Assembly: GCF_001194135.2 (NCBI RefSeq)
Contig: NC_068985.1
Span: 39,058,588 to 39,122,587 of the forward strand
Direction: 5' to 3'
DNA from: Octopus bimaculoides
Taxonomy: Eukaryota
Length of the DNA: 64,000 bases
Shown here: in pieces, positions 51,719 through 63,334 of the stretch
Layout of the letters: every line of letters begins with the position of its first letter
Position numbering within the stretch: the stretch's first letter is position 1
Position numbers and translations under genes: made by a program
The notes under the pieces: generated by a model
Databases searched by the model: none
Told to the model about the DNA's origin: nothing
The model's input: only the letters and a program-made list of their open reading frames with translations

Positions 51719-52030
51719 TTTTTACCTCCGCCTTAGCGAAGGCGGAGGTATTGTTTCAGTCGTGTTTGTTTGTTTGTTTGGCCTCGTGGCTGGTACGAAG
51801 TGATTAGATGTTAGGATCGATTCCGTACCGGACAAGGATTCTGGATTTTTTTCCTGTTTTTTTTCTTTTTAAGTTTTGAGAGCGGTCGCGTTCATTTTTA
51901 GTATTCTCGTTTATGAGAGCAGTCGAGTTTATTTCAGATTCTCTCATTTTAAAAACCATCTCCGGCTAATCGTTGAGAGAACGTTGGTGTTGCCTTGGCA
52001 GAAGTTTGTGCTCTTTGAGTGTTCTTGGTT
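51719..52030 (+). mobile_element. Helentron-associated interspersed element (HINE / DINE-1-like)
   Basis: Perfect 10-bp 5' inverted repeat TACCTCCGCC (51723-51732) / GGCGGAGGTA (51741-51750), a (TGTT)n tract, a 3' sub-terminal copy GGCAGAAGT (51997-52005), a short 3' hairpin GCTC-TTT-GAGT, and T-rich flanks at both ends. Confidence 0.7.
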
Positions 52031-52748
52031 ATATATATATGTTATATGCAAGTATATTTACACATGTGTAAATATGAATCTATGTATACATGCAATCATG
52101 TATTTATCCTTATGTATGTCATAAAACAATATCCAAAGGCTACAAATATATCCGCATTACATTCGTTTCCATATACATATACATCGAGAGAGAGAGAGAG
52201 AAAAAGAGAAAGCTAGATAGATGTGTGTGTGTGTGTACGAGTGTTTGTGACAGAGAAAGAATATAATCATCACACTCACATGGATACACACAGAGGCAAA
52301 GACACACACAAGCACAAGTATATGTACATATAACCACATATTTCCAAGTCAGCAAAGCATATATGAATGCATGGTGTTTTCTTGCTTTCTCTCGTGTATG
52401 TGGATATGTGTGTGTGACCTTCAGTTAATACGTCTGTGTGTCTTTTTTTACCTTCTATACATATGCATTGTTGTGTATGTATCATTATGCTTAAATTACG
52501 TTCAGAAAGTTACGTTGGGAAAACGTCCTGTTTTCATCAGCTGTCTCTTTGACACAGCCACAAACAACTGTGTTTACCAATAACTTGCACATCAAAGCCC
52601 ATACGGACTCACTGGACAAGCGGAATAGGTAAATTAAGGAACATCAAAGTGGGATGCCAGACGTAATTTACATCCAATTAAATATATCGGTGCGTGTGTT
52701 TGTATGTGTTTGTATGTTTGTGTATGTGTGTGTACGTATGCATGCATG

Positions 52749-52793
<45 letters not shown>

Positions 52794-52961
52794 NNNNNNN
52801 NNNNNNNNNNNNNNNNNNNNNNNNNNNNNNNNNNNNNNNNNNNNNNNNNNNNNNNNNNNNNNNNNNNNNNNNNNNNNNNNNNNNNNNNNNNNNNNNNNNN
52901 NNNNNNNNNNNNNNNNNNNNNNNNNNNNNNNNNNNNNNNNNNNNNNNNNNNNNNNTATATA

Positions 52962-53135
52962 TGGCACTCCATCGGTTACGACGACGCGGGTTTCAGTTGA
53001 TCCGATCAACGGAACAGTATGCTCGTGAATTTAACGTGCAAGTGGTTGAGCACACCACAGACAGACGTACCATTAAAGTAGTTCTAGGAGAGATTCAGCA
53101 TGACACAGATTGTGATGAGGCTGGACTTTTGAAAT
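52962..53135 (-). mobile_element. SINE family C, 3' half
   Basis: GGCACTCC.TCGGTTACGACGAC..GGGTT.CAGTTGATCCGATCAACGGAACAG...CTCGTGAA.TTAACGTGCAAGTGG.TGAG, abutting (TA)n and a gap. Confidence 0.85.
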
Positions 53136-53139
53136 AGGT

Positions 53140-53272
53140 ATACGAACAGAAAAAAGAAGAAAGCGTGAGAGAAAGTTGCAGTAGAAGAGTACAGCAGGGT
53201 TCGCCACCCCCAACACCAGCCGGAACCCCTGCGATCCTACGACCGCGAATCCACTACCCTAACCACTGGGCC
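53140..53272 (-). mobile_element. Fragment of a further tRNA-headed SINE (family D)
   Basis: GCGATCCTACGACCGCGA.TCC.CT.CCCTAACCACTGGGCC (reverse tRNA-like head), plus GAGTACAGCAGGGTTCGCCACC. Confidence 0.55.
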
Positions 53273-54063
53273 ATATATATATATAGATAAGTCAACACAT
53301 ACATATCGACTAGTGAATCCCACGCAAACAAAACATCTTTCTATTTTCTTTCTAATACGAGAACTGAGAATCATGATATACGCAAATTACATGCATGAAA
53401 CACTTTACAATCACATGTAAAAACGATTTTCATCATATCTATGCATGTGTAATATAAACGTTACGTGTCTGATAATAAACATCATTAATGAATGTCAGTA
53501 AAATTATTTAGTATGGCATAAGTTTCCTGTGTACATAGAATGAAAATTAGGAAGATTATGCGATTTAGACATCAGAGACCAAACAAAATATCAGATCTCT
53601 AATCCCTGCGTGCATTATTGGTTTCTGTTTATGTGCAAAGTTACTTTTTTCAGATGTAAGTTACAGACAATTGTATTGACAAAGGTACATTTCTTTGATT
53701 GTCGCTATGAATAAAAGAAATTTGATTCTAGTAGGAATCGAAGTAAAATCAATCAAGAATTATTGGAAGAAAATATAATTCTGCTTTCTATGGATAGATA
53801 TAAATCAATAAAAAGGGGACTAAACAGACTTAAAGCAATCAGTTGTTTTTTTTTTTTATTATTTGCATAAGCGATATATATATTATTTATGAATAGTCAC
53901 ACACAATATCCATACATACTAGAGAATCTGTGTGAAAGCGTGTATAATTTTTTTATCTTATTTTGAATTATTAAGAACTGTGATAATTTTTTTATACGAC
54001 ATTACTTAACTACCAATGAGTATTCGTAGGCACATTTCCTTTCGACAACTTCCTTCAACCCTT

Positions 54064-54124
<61 letters not shown>

Positions 54125-54996
54125 TAAATTACCATTCGGCTCCAATATGCGAGGTTCTGACAGCCCATATAGCTGTTAGNNNNNNNNNNNNNNNNNNNNN
54201 NNNNNNNNNNNNNNNNNNNNNNNNNNNNNNNNNNNNNNNNNNNNNNNNNNNNNNNNNNNNNNNNNNNNNNNNNNNNNNNNNNNNNNNNNNNNNNNNNNNN
54301 NNNNNNNNNNNNNNNNNNNNNNNNNNNNNNNNNNNNNNNNNNNNNNNNNNNNNNNNNNNNNNNNNNNNNNNNNNNNNNNNNNNNNNNNNNNNNNNNNNNN
54401 NNNNNNNNNNNNNNNNNNNNNNNNNNNNNNNNNNNNNNNNNNNNNNNNNNNNNNNNNNNNNNNNNNNNNNNNNNNNNNNNNNNNNNNNNNNNNNNNNNNN
54501 NNNNNNNNNNNNNNNNNNNNNNNNNNNNNNNNNNNNNNNNNNNNNNNNNNNNNNNNNNNNNNNNNNNNNNNNNNNNNNNNNNNNNNNNNNNNNNNNNNNN
54601 NNNNNNNNNNNNNNNNNNNNNNNNNNNNNNNNNNNNNNNNNNNNNNNNNNNNNNNNNNNNNNNNNNNNNNNNNNNNNNNNNNNNNNNNNNNNNNNNNNNN
54701 NNNNNNNNNNNNNNNNNNNNNNNNNNNNNNNNNNNNNNNNNNNNNNNNNNNNNNNNNNNNNNNNNNNNNNNNNNNNNNNNNNNNNNNNNNNNNNNNNNNN
54801 NNNNNNNNNNNNNNNNNNNNNNNNNNNNNNNNNNNNNNNNNNNNNNNNNNNNNNNNNNNNNNNNNNNNNNNNNNNNNNNNNNNNNNNNNNNNNNNNNNNN
54901 NNNNNNNNNNNNNNNNNNNNNNNNNNNNNNNNNNNNNNNNNNNNNNNNNNNNNNNNNNNNNNNNNNNNNNNNNNNNATATATATATATATATATAT

Positions 54997-55166
54997 ACAG
55001 TGAGAATTTACAAAAAAGAAACAAAAGACGAAGACGAACAACAAACTAATGTATTAGTTTAACGCTTAGGGAGTGAGAAAGTCTTTTATGTTTCGAGCCT
55101 ACGCTCTTCGACAGAAAGGAACACAGAAATAAACAGGGAGAGAAAATAGAAAAAGGTTAGTGGCTA
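54997..55166 (-). mobile_element. Short repeat family E, copy 3
   Basis: Reverse complement reads TAGCCACTA, a pyrimidine tract, CTGTCGAAGAGCGTAGGCTCGAAAC, TCTTCGTCTT, then GTAAATTCTCAC followed by (TA)n and a gap. Confidence 0.7.
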
Positions 55167-55906
55167 TGTACGTACGTATATACATGACCACATATACATG
55201 CATGTATGTAATTATGCACGTGTCTATGTGTGTATGTATGTATGTGCATACTCATGTATTTCTAGATATTTATATATATTTGTCTTTATCTGTATAAGTG
55301 CTTATATGTGATCATCTTTATATTTATCCACAGCTGTAAAGCTTTTAACGTTCATCGGCTTCCTCTCATTCTCCTTCTTCTCGTCATTATTTTCCAGTCT
55401 ATTTATTCAGCTACTCTTCTCACACAATAAACTTTTCTTTTCGTCCAAACTATTTAACTATCAATAAACATAGGTATTTATATAAGCAAAAATACGTCAT
55501 TACTCCATTTCTACTCTCCAGCCACATTGCTGCTTCAACAAGAGGAATCAAAGTGTGTACATACATATATACATACATACACACATACATATGTGTGCGT
55601 ATGTATAGACAATGCATGATGCAGAATTATTTCAAACAAAACGTAATGTATATATATTTTGTACGACTCTTAATCTATCTTTTAGTTCCCCTCATACTTC
55701 CTTCCCCTTTTCTTTTTCTCGTTCCCTCTCTCTCCCTCACATTTCTTAGCGCTCTCTTTCTTTACCTCCCACCCTTTTACCCTCGTTTATCTCCCTTGAA
55801 TCTTTCACTTTGTCTCTGATATTTGTTTTCTAATCCTTCAATCCTACTGCCCGCTAACCCTCTCTCCTCCTTCCACGTGACCGTGGAAAAGAATAAAACA
55901 CAAGAC

Positions 55907-56302
55907 CTGCCATGTTGACTTGGCTATAACTATTAATATCCAGTACCGCTGTCGTAGTCTCCTTTAGAGAGACTTAGAAATATTAATATCTCTATTTCTG
56001 AAAACCAGTGGATGTATTCCACTGAAATTAGATAAATAACCTTCGTACAGACAGTCAGCAGCGACGCCTGGTGGGTTCGGCTGCTCTGCATTGACATGGG
56101 GCAATACCCCGAAACTAGTCTAGTCTGCAGATACCAATCCAGCAAGGGGAAGCTGCTGACCTCCCCTGTTCGAAGGTTATAAAAGACACAGGTTCGTGTG
56201 CCACATAGCTAGCTAGAGGCGATGGCCTCTTGGAGCTAATCAACGGGAGCATTCGTCCTATTTTTTGGACTGCCATGTTGACTTGGCGATAACTATTAAT
56301 AT
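55907..56302 (+). mobile_element. Retrozyme-like / Penelope pLTR-like unit (363-bp period, 33-bp terminal direct repeats) with a decayed hammerhead ribozyme
   Basis: CTGCCATGTTGACTTGGC(T/G)ATAACTATTAATAT occurs at 55907-55939 and 56270-56302 (32/33 identical). There is a hammerhead-like fold at 56086-56130 and long enclosing stems. It ends in (TA)n. Confidence 0.65.
56086..56130 (+). ncRNA. Degenerate minimal type I hammerhead ribozyme motif (probably inactive copy)
   Basis: Stem I CTGCA/TGCAG; core TTGACAT (cf. CUGANGA); stem II GGGG-CAATA-CCCC; GAAA; palindromic CTAG loop; GUC cleavage triplet; extra TAGTC duplication after the site. Confidence 0.6.
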
Positions 56303-56377
56303 ATATATATATATATATATTCTAGTAAAGGGATGCGTGGCGTTCGATCATATATTGATATAACTAATATATAAATA

Positions 56378-56825
56378 TACAGTGGTTGTGTGGTAAGTAG
56401 CTTGCTTACCAACCACATGGTTCCGGGTTCAGTCCCACTGCGTGGCACCTTGGGCAAGTGTCTCCTGNNNNNNNNNNNNNNNNNNNNNNNNNNNNNNNNN
56501 NNNNNNNNNNNNNNNNNNNNNNNNNNNNCTATAGCCTCGGGCCGACCAAAGCCTTGTGAGTGGATTTGGTAGACGGAAACTGAAAGAAGCCCGTCATATA
56601 TATGTATATATATGTATGTGTGTGTATATGTTTGTGTGTCTGTGTTTGTCCCCCCAACATCGCTTGAAAAACCGATGCTAGTGTGTTTACGCTCCCGTAA
56701 CCTAGCGGTTCGGCAAAAGAGGCCGATAGAATAAGTACTAGGCTTACAAAGAATACGTCGATTTTCTCGACTAACGGTGGTGCTCCAGCATGGCCTAAGT
56801 CAAATAACTGAAACAAGTAAAAGAG
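56378..56825 (+). mobile_element. SINE family B, full length (interrupted by a gap)
   Basis: Head GTGGTAAGTAGCTTGCTTACCAACCACATGGTTCCGGGTTCAGTCCCACTGCGTGGCACCTTGGGCAAGTG, internal (TA/TG)n, and tail ending GAAACAAGTAAAAGA. Confidence 0.9.
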
Positions 56826-56997
56826 TAAAAAAATTTAAAAGAGTATATGCATATATGTACATACCTACATATATATGATATATGTATATATACCTGCATA
56901 CATGTGTACAGGACATTAAAAAAAACGTAGACAGAATGAGAAACGAGAACATGAAAAACAAAAACATAGAAATATTTATATATTATTTATGTTATAT

Positions 56998-57041
<44 letters not shown>

Positions 57042-57361
57042 TAGAACTTCGAGGTTGTAGACGACTGAGCAAGGAAACAGAAAATGAAAAAACAGAGGGA
57101 AAATTATTATTCAGAGTTGTTAAAGGAAAATTACAAGAATCGAACTGTGAATCATTTGATCAAAATGATAATTGCCACACACAGAAAAATGACAAAGAGA
57201 ATCGAAGAGACAATCTAATATAGTCACACAGTTTAACGATATGTGTGTGTGTGTGTGTGTGAATAAATGCGTGCGTGTGCACGCGTGTGTATTTATATGT
57301 GCGTTTATGTGTATTTTTATATGTGTTTATATTTATACGAGTATATATATGTAAGTGTACA

Positions 57362-57404
<43 letters not shown>

Positions 57405-57759
57405 ACGCATGTATATGCGTGTGAGTATGTGTCTATTTTAGTATATGTGCGTGTTTACATGTACTTATATCTACGTGTATACTTATATCTGTATATGTTG
57501 GTATAAATATATGTGTTTTTGTTCCTGCGTGTGTATTTATGTACAAGATCCATTTAGAGCGGAAATTTTGAGTCGCTATTCAGAATTTTCTATATTCACT
57601 CTATATTTCGCATAATTTCATATATATTTGCTAAGTACTCATTTATTATGCTTACATATAAAAGGGTATTTGTGTGGGATTTATATGTATATCTACACAT
57701 TTGCATACGGACATAGACGCTCTCCCATATACGTATATATACATACATACATACATACA

Positions 57760-57795
<36 letters not shown>

Positions 57796-57809
57796 TATAN
57801 NNNNNNNNN

Positions 57810-57868
<59 letters not shown>

Positions 57869-58445
57869 AAGACAGAGTAATAGATATATAGATACTGGAG
57901 TCTGTCAATACCAACATCATTTCTTCTACACTTCTACTTGCTTGGACGAATAGCAATAATACTTATGTTTGTGTGTGTGTGTGTGTGAGTGTGTGTGTAT
58001 GTCTGTGCATGTATGTATGTATAAATATACATGTATATATTTGCATGTATATATATGTATTTATATTTATGTATATTTATATATACGTAGGTATATGTGC
58101 GTGATGTGTGTGTGCATATGCATACGTATATACGTAAGAGAAATATGTATATAGCTGATGATGATGATGATGAGCATCATGATCATCATCATATTGATGG
58201 TTGTGATGATTCTTCTTTTGTTCCTGCTTACATATGAATATCATTTCTCTAGTCGTAGGCAAAATTTTCCGAAGTTCTAACGAGCTTAAAATTCATAGAA
58301 TAAACTTCAGTAAACATAAATCAACCGTCGTATTATTTTGGATTAGTGAGGACGCACGAAGGAGGTGTTGTTTGTGCGAGTTCCTCGGTGATTAAGACAG
58401 AAGTAAGATGGATAGATAGTTAGGTAGATACATAGATAGATAGAC

Positions 58446-58503
<58 letters not shown>

Positions 58504-58794
58504 GCAGATAGATAGATAATTAGAGAGGAAGTGGAATTAAGAGATTAAGATGATGAAAAGATGAGCAACATATTTATATATACATGTATATATGTATGTA
58601 TGTATGTATGTGTATATATGTATATATATATATATANNNNNNNNNNNNNNNNNNNNNNNNNNNNNNNNNNNNNNNNNNNNNNNNNNNNNNNNNNNNNNNN
58701 NNNNNNNNNNNNNNNATATATATGTGTATATATGTATATATATATATGTACATATATATATATATGTATTTATGTATATATTTATATAAATATA

Positions 58795-58837
<43 letters not shown>

Positions 58838-59828
58838 ATACATTTATTATGTATGTGCGCATACTACATAGATACACATTCATACACACAAATACACACA
58901 CACACACAAACACATGCACGCAGAGTCTGAAATAAAGGGGAGAGTGCAGGAATGAAAGCGTAAATATGAGAGCAAAACAGGAAAATACAAAACACAAAAT
59001 GGAGAGGATTCTGAGAAAATTAATCCGCTTTTTATATTGATCGAAGGTTCATAGAAAGAGCATGGAGCAAGAAGAGATAAAGTGAGATAGTGAGAGGGAG
59101 AAAGGGAGTGAGTATGAGCGTGTGTATATATGCGTGTTGCCTGTAGAATAATGAAAGTCAATTGGGCGATTCTAGTTAACTTTTATCAAATAACTAATCT
59201 CGAGGCATTTATTCGATGTATTTAAATCGTTTTTTTTTTGTTTTGTCTTCGTTTTTGGATTGCTTTTTTAAATACTTCTGAGTCAATCCTTAAACAAATT
59301 CCTAGTAAAAAATCATCAATCTCATCAACAGTTCTTTCAAAACACGAATATTTAATTGCCTACTAACTAGGAAAGGAAGGAACATTCCAAAAGTAGTCTT
59401 TCTCACTGGTTACTAATCCATTCAGTCTTTTCTTTTCCATGATTCTTTGCATTTCCGCTCTTATTTTAAAAATCTTTCCGCTCTGAATTTTAGTCTTTTA
59501 TTTGTTGTTGTTGTTATTGTTGTTGTTCATTTTGTTATGTAGACCATGTTATTCTTATAGTATTTTCTTTTATTTTTCGTTATTTTGTTCATTCTTCTTT
59601 CAATAAATTAGTAGAAATCTTTGGAAATGATGAAACTAAGTGCTTTACAATAGTTATATCAGACTGTATGCCAAAGAATACGTTATCTAATATATCCATT
59701 CCTTTTCATGTGAGACCATAGGCGGTAATTTGAGGAAGACTCGGCTGATATTTCTAGCAAACAGAGCTCCTACACAACTGCCCCTTCAGTTTGTGTTTAC
59801 TAATAACAATTCAATATTAAGTTTTCAT

Positions 59829-60040
59829 AAGGCAGCAAGCTGGCAGAATTGTTAGCACGCCGGGCGAAATGCTTATCGGTATTGCTTCTGTCTTTACGTT
59901 CTGAGTTCAAATTTCGCTGAGGCCGACTTTACCTTTCATCCTTTCGGAGTCATTAAATTAAGTACCAGTTGCGTACTGGGGTCAATCTAATCGACTAGCC
60001 CCTTCCCCCGAAATTTCGTGCCTAAAGTAGAAAAGAATAT
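59829..60040 (+). mobile_element. SINE family A copy (type-2 tail)
   Basis: TAAGGCAGCAAGCTGGCAGAATTGTTAGCACGCCGGGCGAAATGC...TTCTGAGTTCAAATT...AAGTACCAGTTGCGTACTGGGGTC...AGTAGAAAAGAAT. Confidence 0.9.
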
Positions 60041-60301
60041 TTTGTTTTTTTCTTCGAATAGTCAGTATTCAAATGCTGTTTAAATTAATTTTCTTCCTCC
60101 ACATTCATCGAAAGTAAAGTCGGTGAAATGGTTCATAGTGTTATGAATATCGGTGCATTGTGACTACTGAAAAATGCTGGACTATCAGTCGACCAAGTAG
60201 TAACTATGGTACTTTTGTTGTTCAGAATCTAGCGGATTGTAATCAAAGAGGCAAATAATCAAAAATACCCTGTGGGTTTATTCTTGTTGTTTCACTTATA
60301 G

Positions 60302-60511
60302 TATATCTCAGAATACGTTACTCTTTTCCGTGCGATAGGCATCATTTCAAAATTTAAAATATCTCTTGGCCTACAAGTTAACAATAAGAATGACCAAAGA
60401 CATCCAAATGCTGACAGACCTACCATTGCTTCTCCTGATTTAGAAATTAATAATCAGAAAGACCCACGAGATCCGAATAGTGACAAACCTATCACTGATG
60501 CAAAAACATGA
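60302..60511 (+). CDS. Probable terminal coding exon of an unidentified gene (C-terminal tail with a 23-aa internal repeat)
   Basis: Acceptor TTATTCTTGTTGTTTCACTTATAG| (alternative acceptor before 60339), 69 open codons to TGA 60509-60511, encoding ...LGLQVNNKNDQRHPNADRPTIAS PDLEINNQKDPRDPNSDKPITDAKT*. The two 69-nt units differ largely by synonymous or conservative changes. AATAAA at about 60843. Confidence 0.55.
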   Translation, partial: YISEYVTLFRAIGIISKFKISLGLQVNNKNDQRHPNADRPTIASPDLEINNQKDPRDPNSDKPITDAKT

Positions 60512-62049
60512 AACAAAAAGCAAAGTCTCTATGCTTTTTATTATTATTAATATTAATATGCACTCCAGACAACTTTTACTGTTCAGCAAAGAGAACATGG
60601 AATTACCGATCGGAAGATTTCACGAAGTGACTAATAACTATCTAACGTCTCTGACTATATTTAGACGTTAGATACTAATCGTTGTGGTTAACCGTTAACT
60701 GGAACTTAACCGAGAGCTAATACAGTATCCCTCCCACCTCAGTTATATATATCATGTATTTGGAGGCTGATTTACACTATAAAGGGCAGCTGAACTCTAA
60801 GCTACTTAAAATTGTAGAAGAGTTCGTTTATTTTAAGTGAGAAATAAAGTAATATTTCGGTTCTTTATCCTTCGTCTCTGAGTGACGAAGAAAGAGAGAC
60901 AGAGACAGAGAGAGACACAGACAGACAGACAGACAGACAGACAGATATGTGTGGGTGCGCGCGTGTGTGCATGTGTGTGAGGCAAGGAGAGAGAAAGAGA
61001 AATAAGGAAAGAGAGAGAATATAGTGATGTCGATTTCTTCAGCTGATAGCTTTTAGTTTAGCATTTCGTGAGTGCTTGAACCCTGGACGATGATTCTACT
61101 TTCAACTCTTAATATTGCTTCAAGAGTGCTCAATACATCAAGACGTTACTTTTTACCGTGATTTTTTTTTGATTTTCTTTCAAAATATTTTGTCCTCTTC
61201 TTTCAATTTTCCTTCTTTTCCATTTCCTTTTCCTAGCTATTCTCTTTTCTTTTCTTTTCTTTCTTTTCCCTTATATTTCTAGCATCTCTTCTCTCACTCT
61301 CCTTTGTATAATTTTTTTTTACTAACTATTTTTCACGTTTCCTATCATTCTTTCTCTCTGATGCAATTTAATTTCAGTTATATCTACCACTCTCACTCTT
61401 TCCAGTACCTTCAAAACTTTTTTTTCGGTATCACATTCACCTTTTCCTTTCTCTTTCTTATTTTATTATTTTCTTCCCCATTTCCTCTATATTTCCCAGC
61501 ACCCATTTTCTCTTCCCTTTTCTCCATTTCCTCCTATTTTTTTAATGCCTACCTCTCCCTTCATCTCTTTACATGATTATTAGAACATAAGAGTTTTCGT
61601 CTCCTAATTCTCTTCCATGTCTTCCAATTCGCCCCCTCTCTCACTTTCTTGCTCACGCACCCTCTCTTTAACGTTTTTCTTTTGAGGAATTCTCACTCCC
61701 CCACCATCTTTCTATTTTTAAACTCCCCTGGTTTTTCAACTTTGAAATCGAGTCATTTACTTGTCAACAATATCTAAAGATTACCAATCCAGAAATGTCA
61801 GGATAGCAACTATTTTAATGCCACATCACTGGATCGATATCAAAGATAACAAAAATAGCAACAACATCCCTTAACATCTGTAGGAGTTGATTATTTTATC
61901 ATAATAATGGTGCGCTTACTTTTTAGTCTCAGATACACCACGATAAAGCAGATAAACGATGAGCGGCGTGATGTGCACAGCTAAAGTGTCTTACAAACAA
62001 ACTCTAGCCGTGCATGATACAGCTTCTAGTATATATTGTTTTCTAAATT

Positions 62050-62102
62050 TATTCTTTTATGAGCTTCAGCTCAAAAGCTTTGGCCATGCTGGGGTACCGC
62101 CA
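62050..62102 (-). mobile_element. SINE family B 3' tail fragment
   Basis: GGCCATGCTGGGGTACCGCC is the reverse complement of the family B tail GGCGGTG.TCCAGCATGGCC. Confidence 0.6.
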
Positions 62103-62104
62103 GT

Positions 62105-62345
62105 ATATCATCTTTTGAATGGCCTTTGTCTTGTAATTGACTTTTGGTGAAGGAAAGTGTTTGATTTTGCTCCACTTTTTGAGCTTCTTTCCATGGTGAA
62201 GGTTCATCTGAGGTCATGGACAGTTGAAAATATCAAGTTGTGTCTTGAAAGCAACTTCCACCACTCAATATATATCTCTCAGATTTTCTGGCATCATGAT
62301 ATTAAAGGATTATTGAAGTATCTGGACCTTACTCTACACGGGATG
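62105..62345 (-). pseudogene. Degenerate 3' end of a CR1/L2-group LINE ORF2
   Basis: Minus-strand FNIM.PENLRDIY*V.EVAFKTQLDIF...DEPSPWKEAQK...AKSNTFLHQK, with frameshifts, resembles the recalled CR1-type C-terminus (FN.LP..LR....V..FK..LD.FL..VPDEP....RAA.SNSL..Q). Confidence 0.5.
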
Positions 62346-63262
62346 GGTAATACCATGGGTGCAGTGCAGTGACGAGGTGCCAACCGTATATATATATATA
62401 TNNNNNNNNNNNNNNNNNNNNNNNNNNNNNNNNNNNNNNNNNNNNNNNNNNNNNNNNNNNNNNNNNNNNNNNNNNNNNNNNNNNNNNNNNNNNNNNNNNN
62501 NNNNNNNNNNNNNNNNNNNNNNNNNNNNNNNNNNNNNNNNNNNNNNNNNNNNNNNNNNNNNNNNNNNNNNNNNNNNNNNNNNNNNNNNNNNNNNNNNNNN
62601 NNNNNNNNNNNNNNNNNNNNNNNNNNNNNNNNNNNNNNNNNNNNNNNNNNNNNNNNNNNNNNNNNNNNNNNNNNNNNNNNNNNNNNNNNNNNNNNNNNNN
62701 NNNNNNNNNNNNNNNNNNNNNNNNNNNNNNNNNNNNNNNNNNNNNNNNNNNNNNNNNNNNNNNNNNNNNNNNNNNNNNNNNNNNNNNNNNNNNNNNNNNN
62801 NNNNNNNNNNNNNNNNNNNNNNNNNNNNNNNNNNNNNNNNNNNNNNNNNNNNNNNNNNNNNNNNNNNNNNNNNNNNNNNNNNNNNNNNNNNNNNNNNNNN
62901 NNNNNNNNNNNNNNNNNNNNNNNNNNNNNNNNNNNNNNNNNNNNNNNNNNNNNNNNNNNNNNNNNNNNNNNNNNNNNNNNNNNNNNNNNNNNNNNNNNNN
63001 NNNNNNNNNNNNNNNNNNNNNNNNNNNNNNNNNNNNNNNNNNNNNNNNNNNNNNNNNNNNNNNNNNNNNNNNNNNNNNNNNNNNNNNNNNNNNNNNNNNN
63101 NNNNNNNNNNNNNNNNNNNNNNNNNNNNNNNNNNNNNNNNNNNNNNNNNNNNNNNNNNNNNNNNNNNNNNNNNNNNNNNNNNNNNNNNNNNNNNNNNNNN
63201 NNNNNNNNNNNNNNNNNNNNNNNNNNNNNNNNNNNNNNNNNNNNNNNNNNNNNNNNNNNNNN

Positions 63263-63334
<72 letters not shown>

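Noticed and set aside
58259-58395. GKIFRSSNELKIHR resembling a C2H2 zinc finger
   Set aside because: It lacks the two cysteines, the second histidine and the TGEKP linker; isolated.
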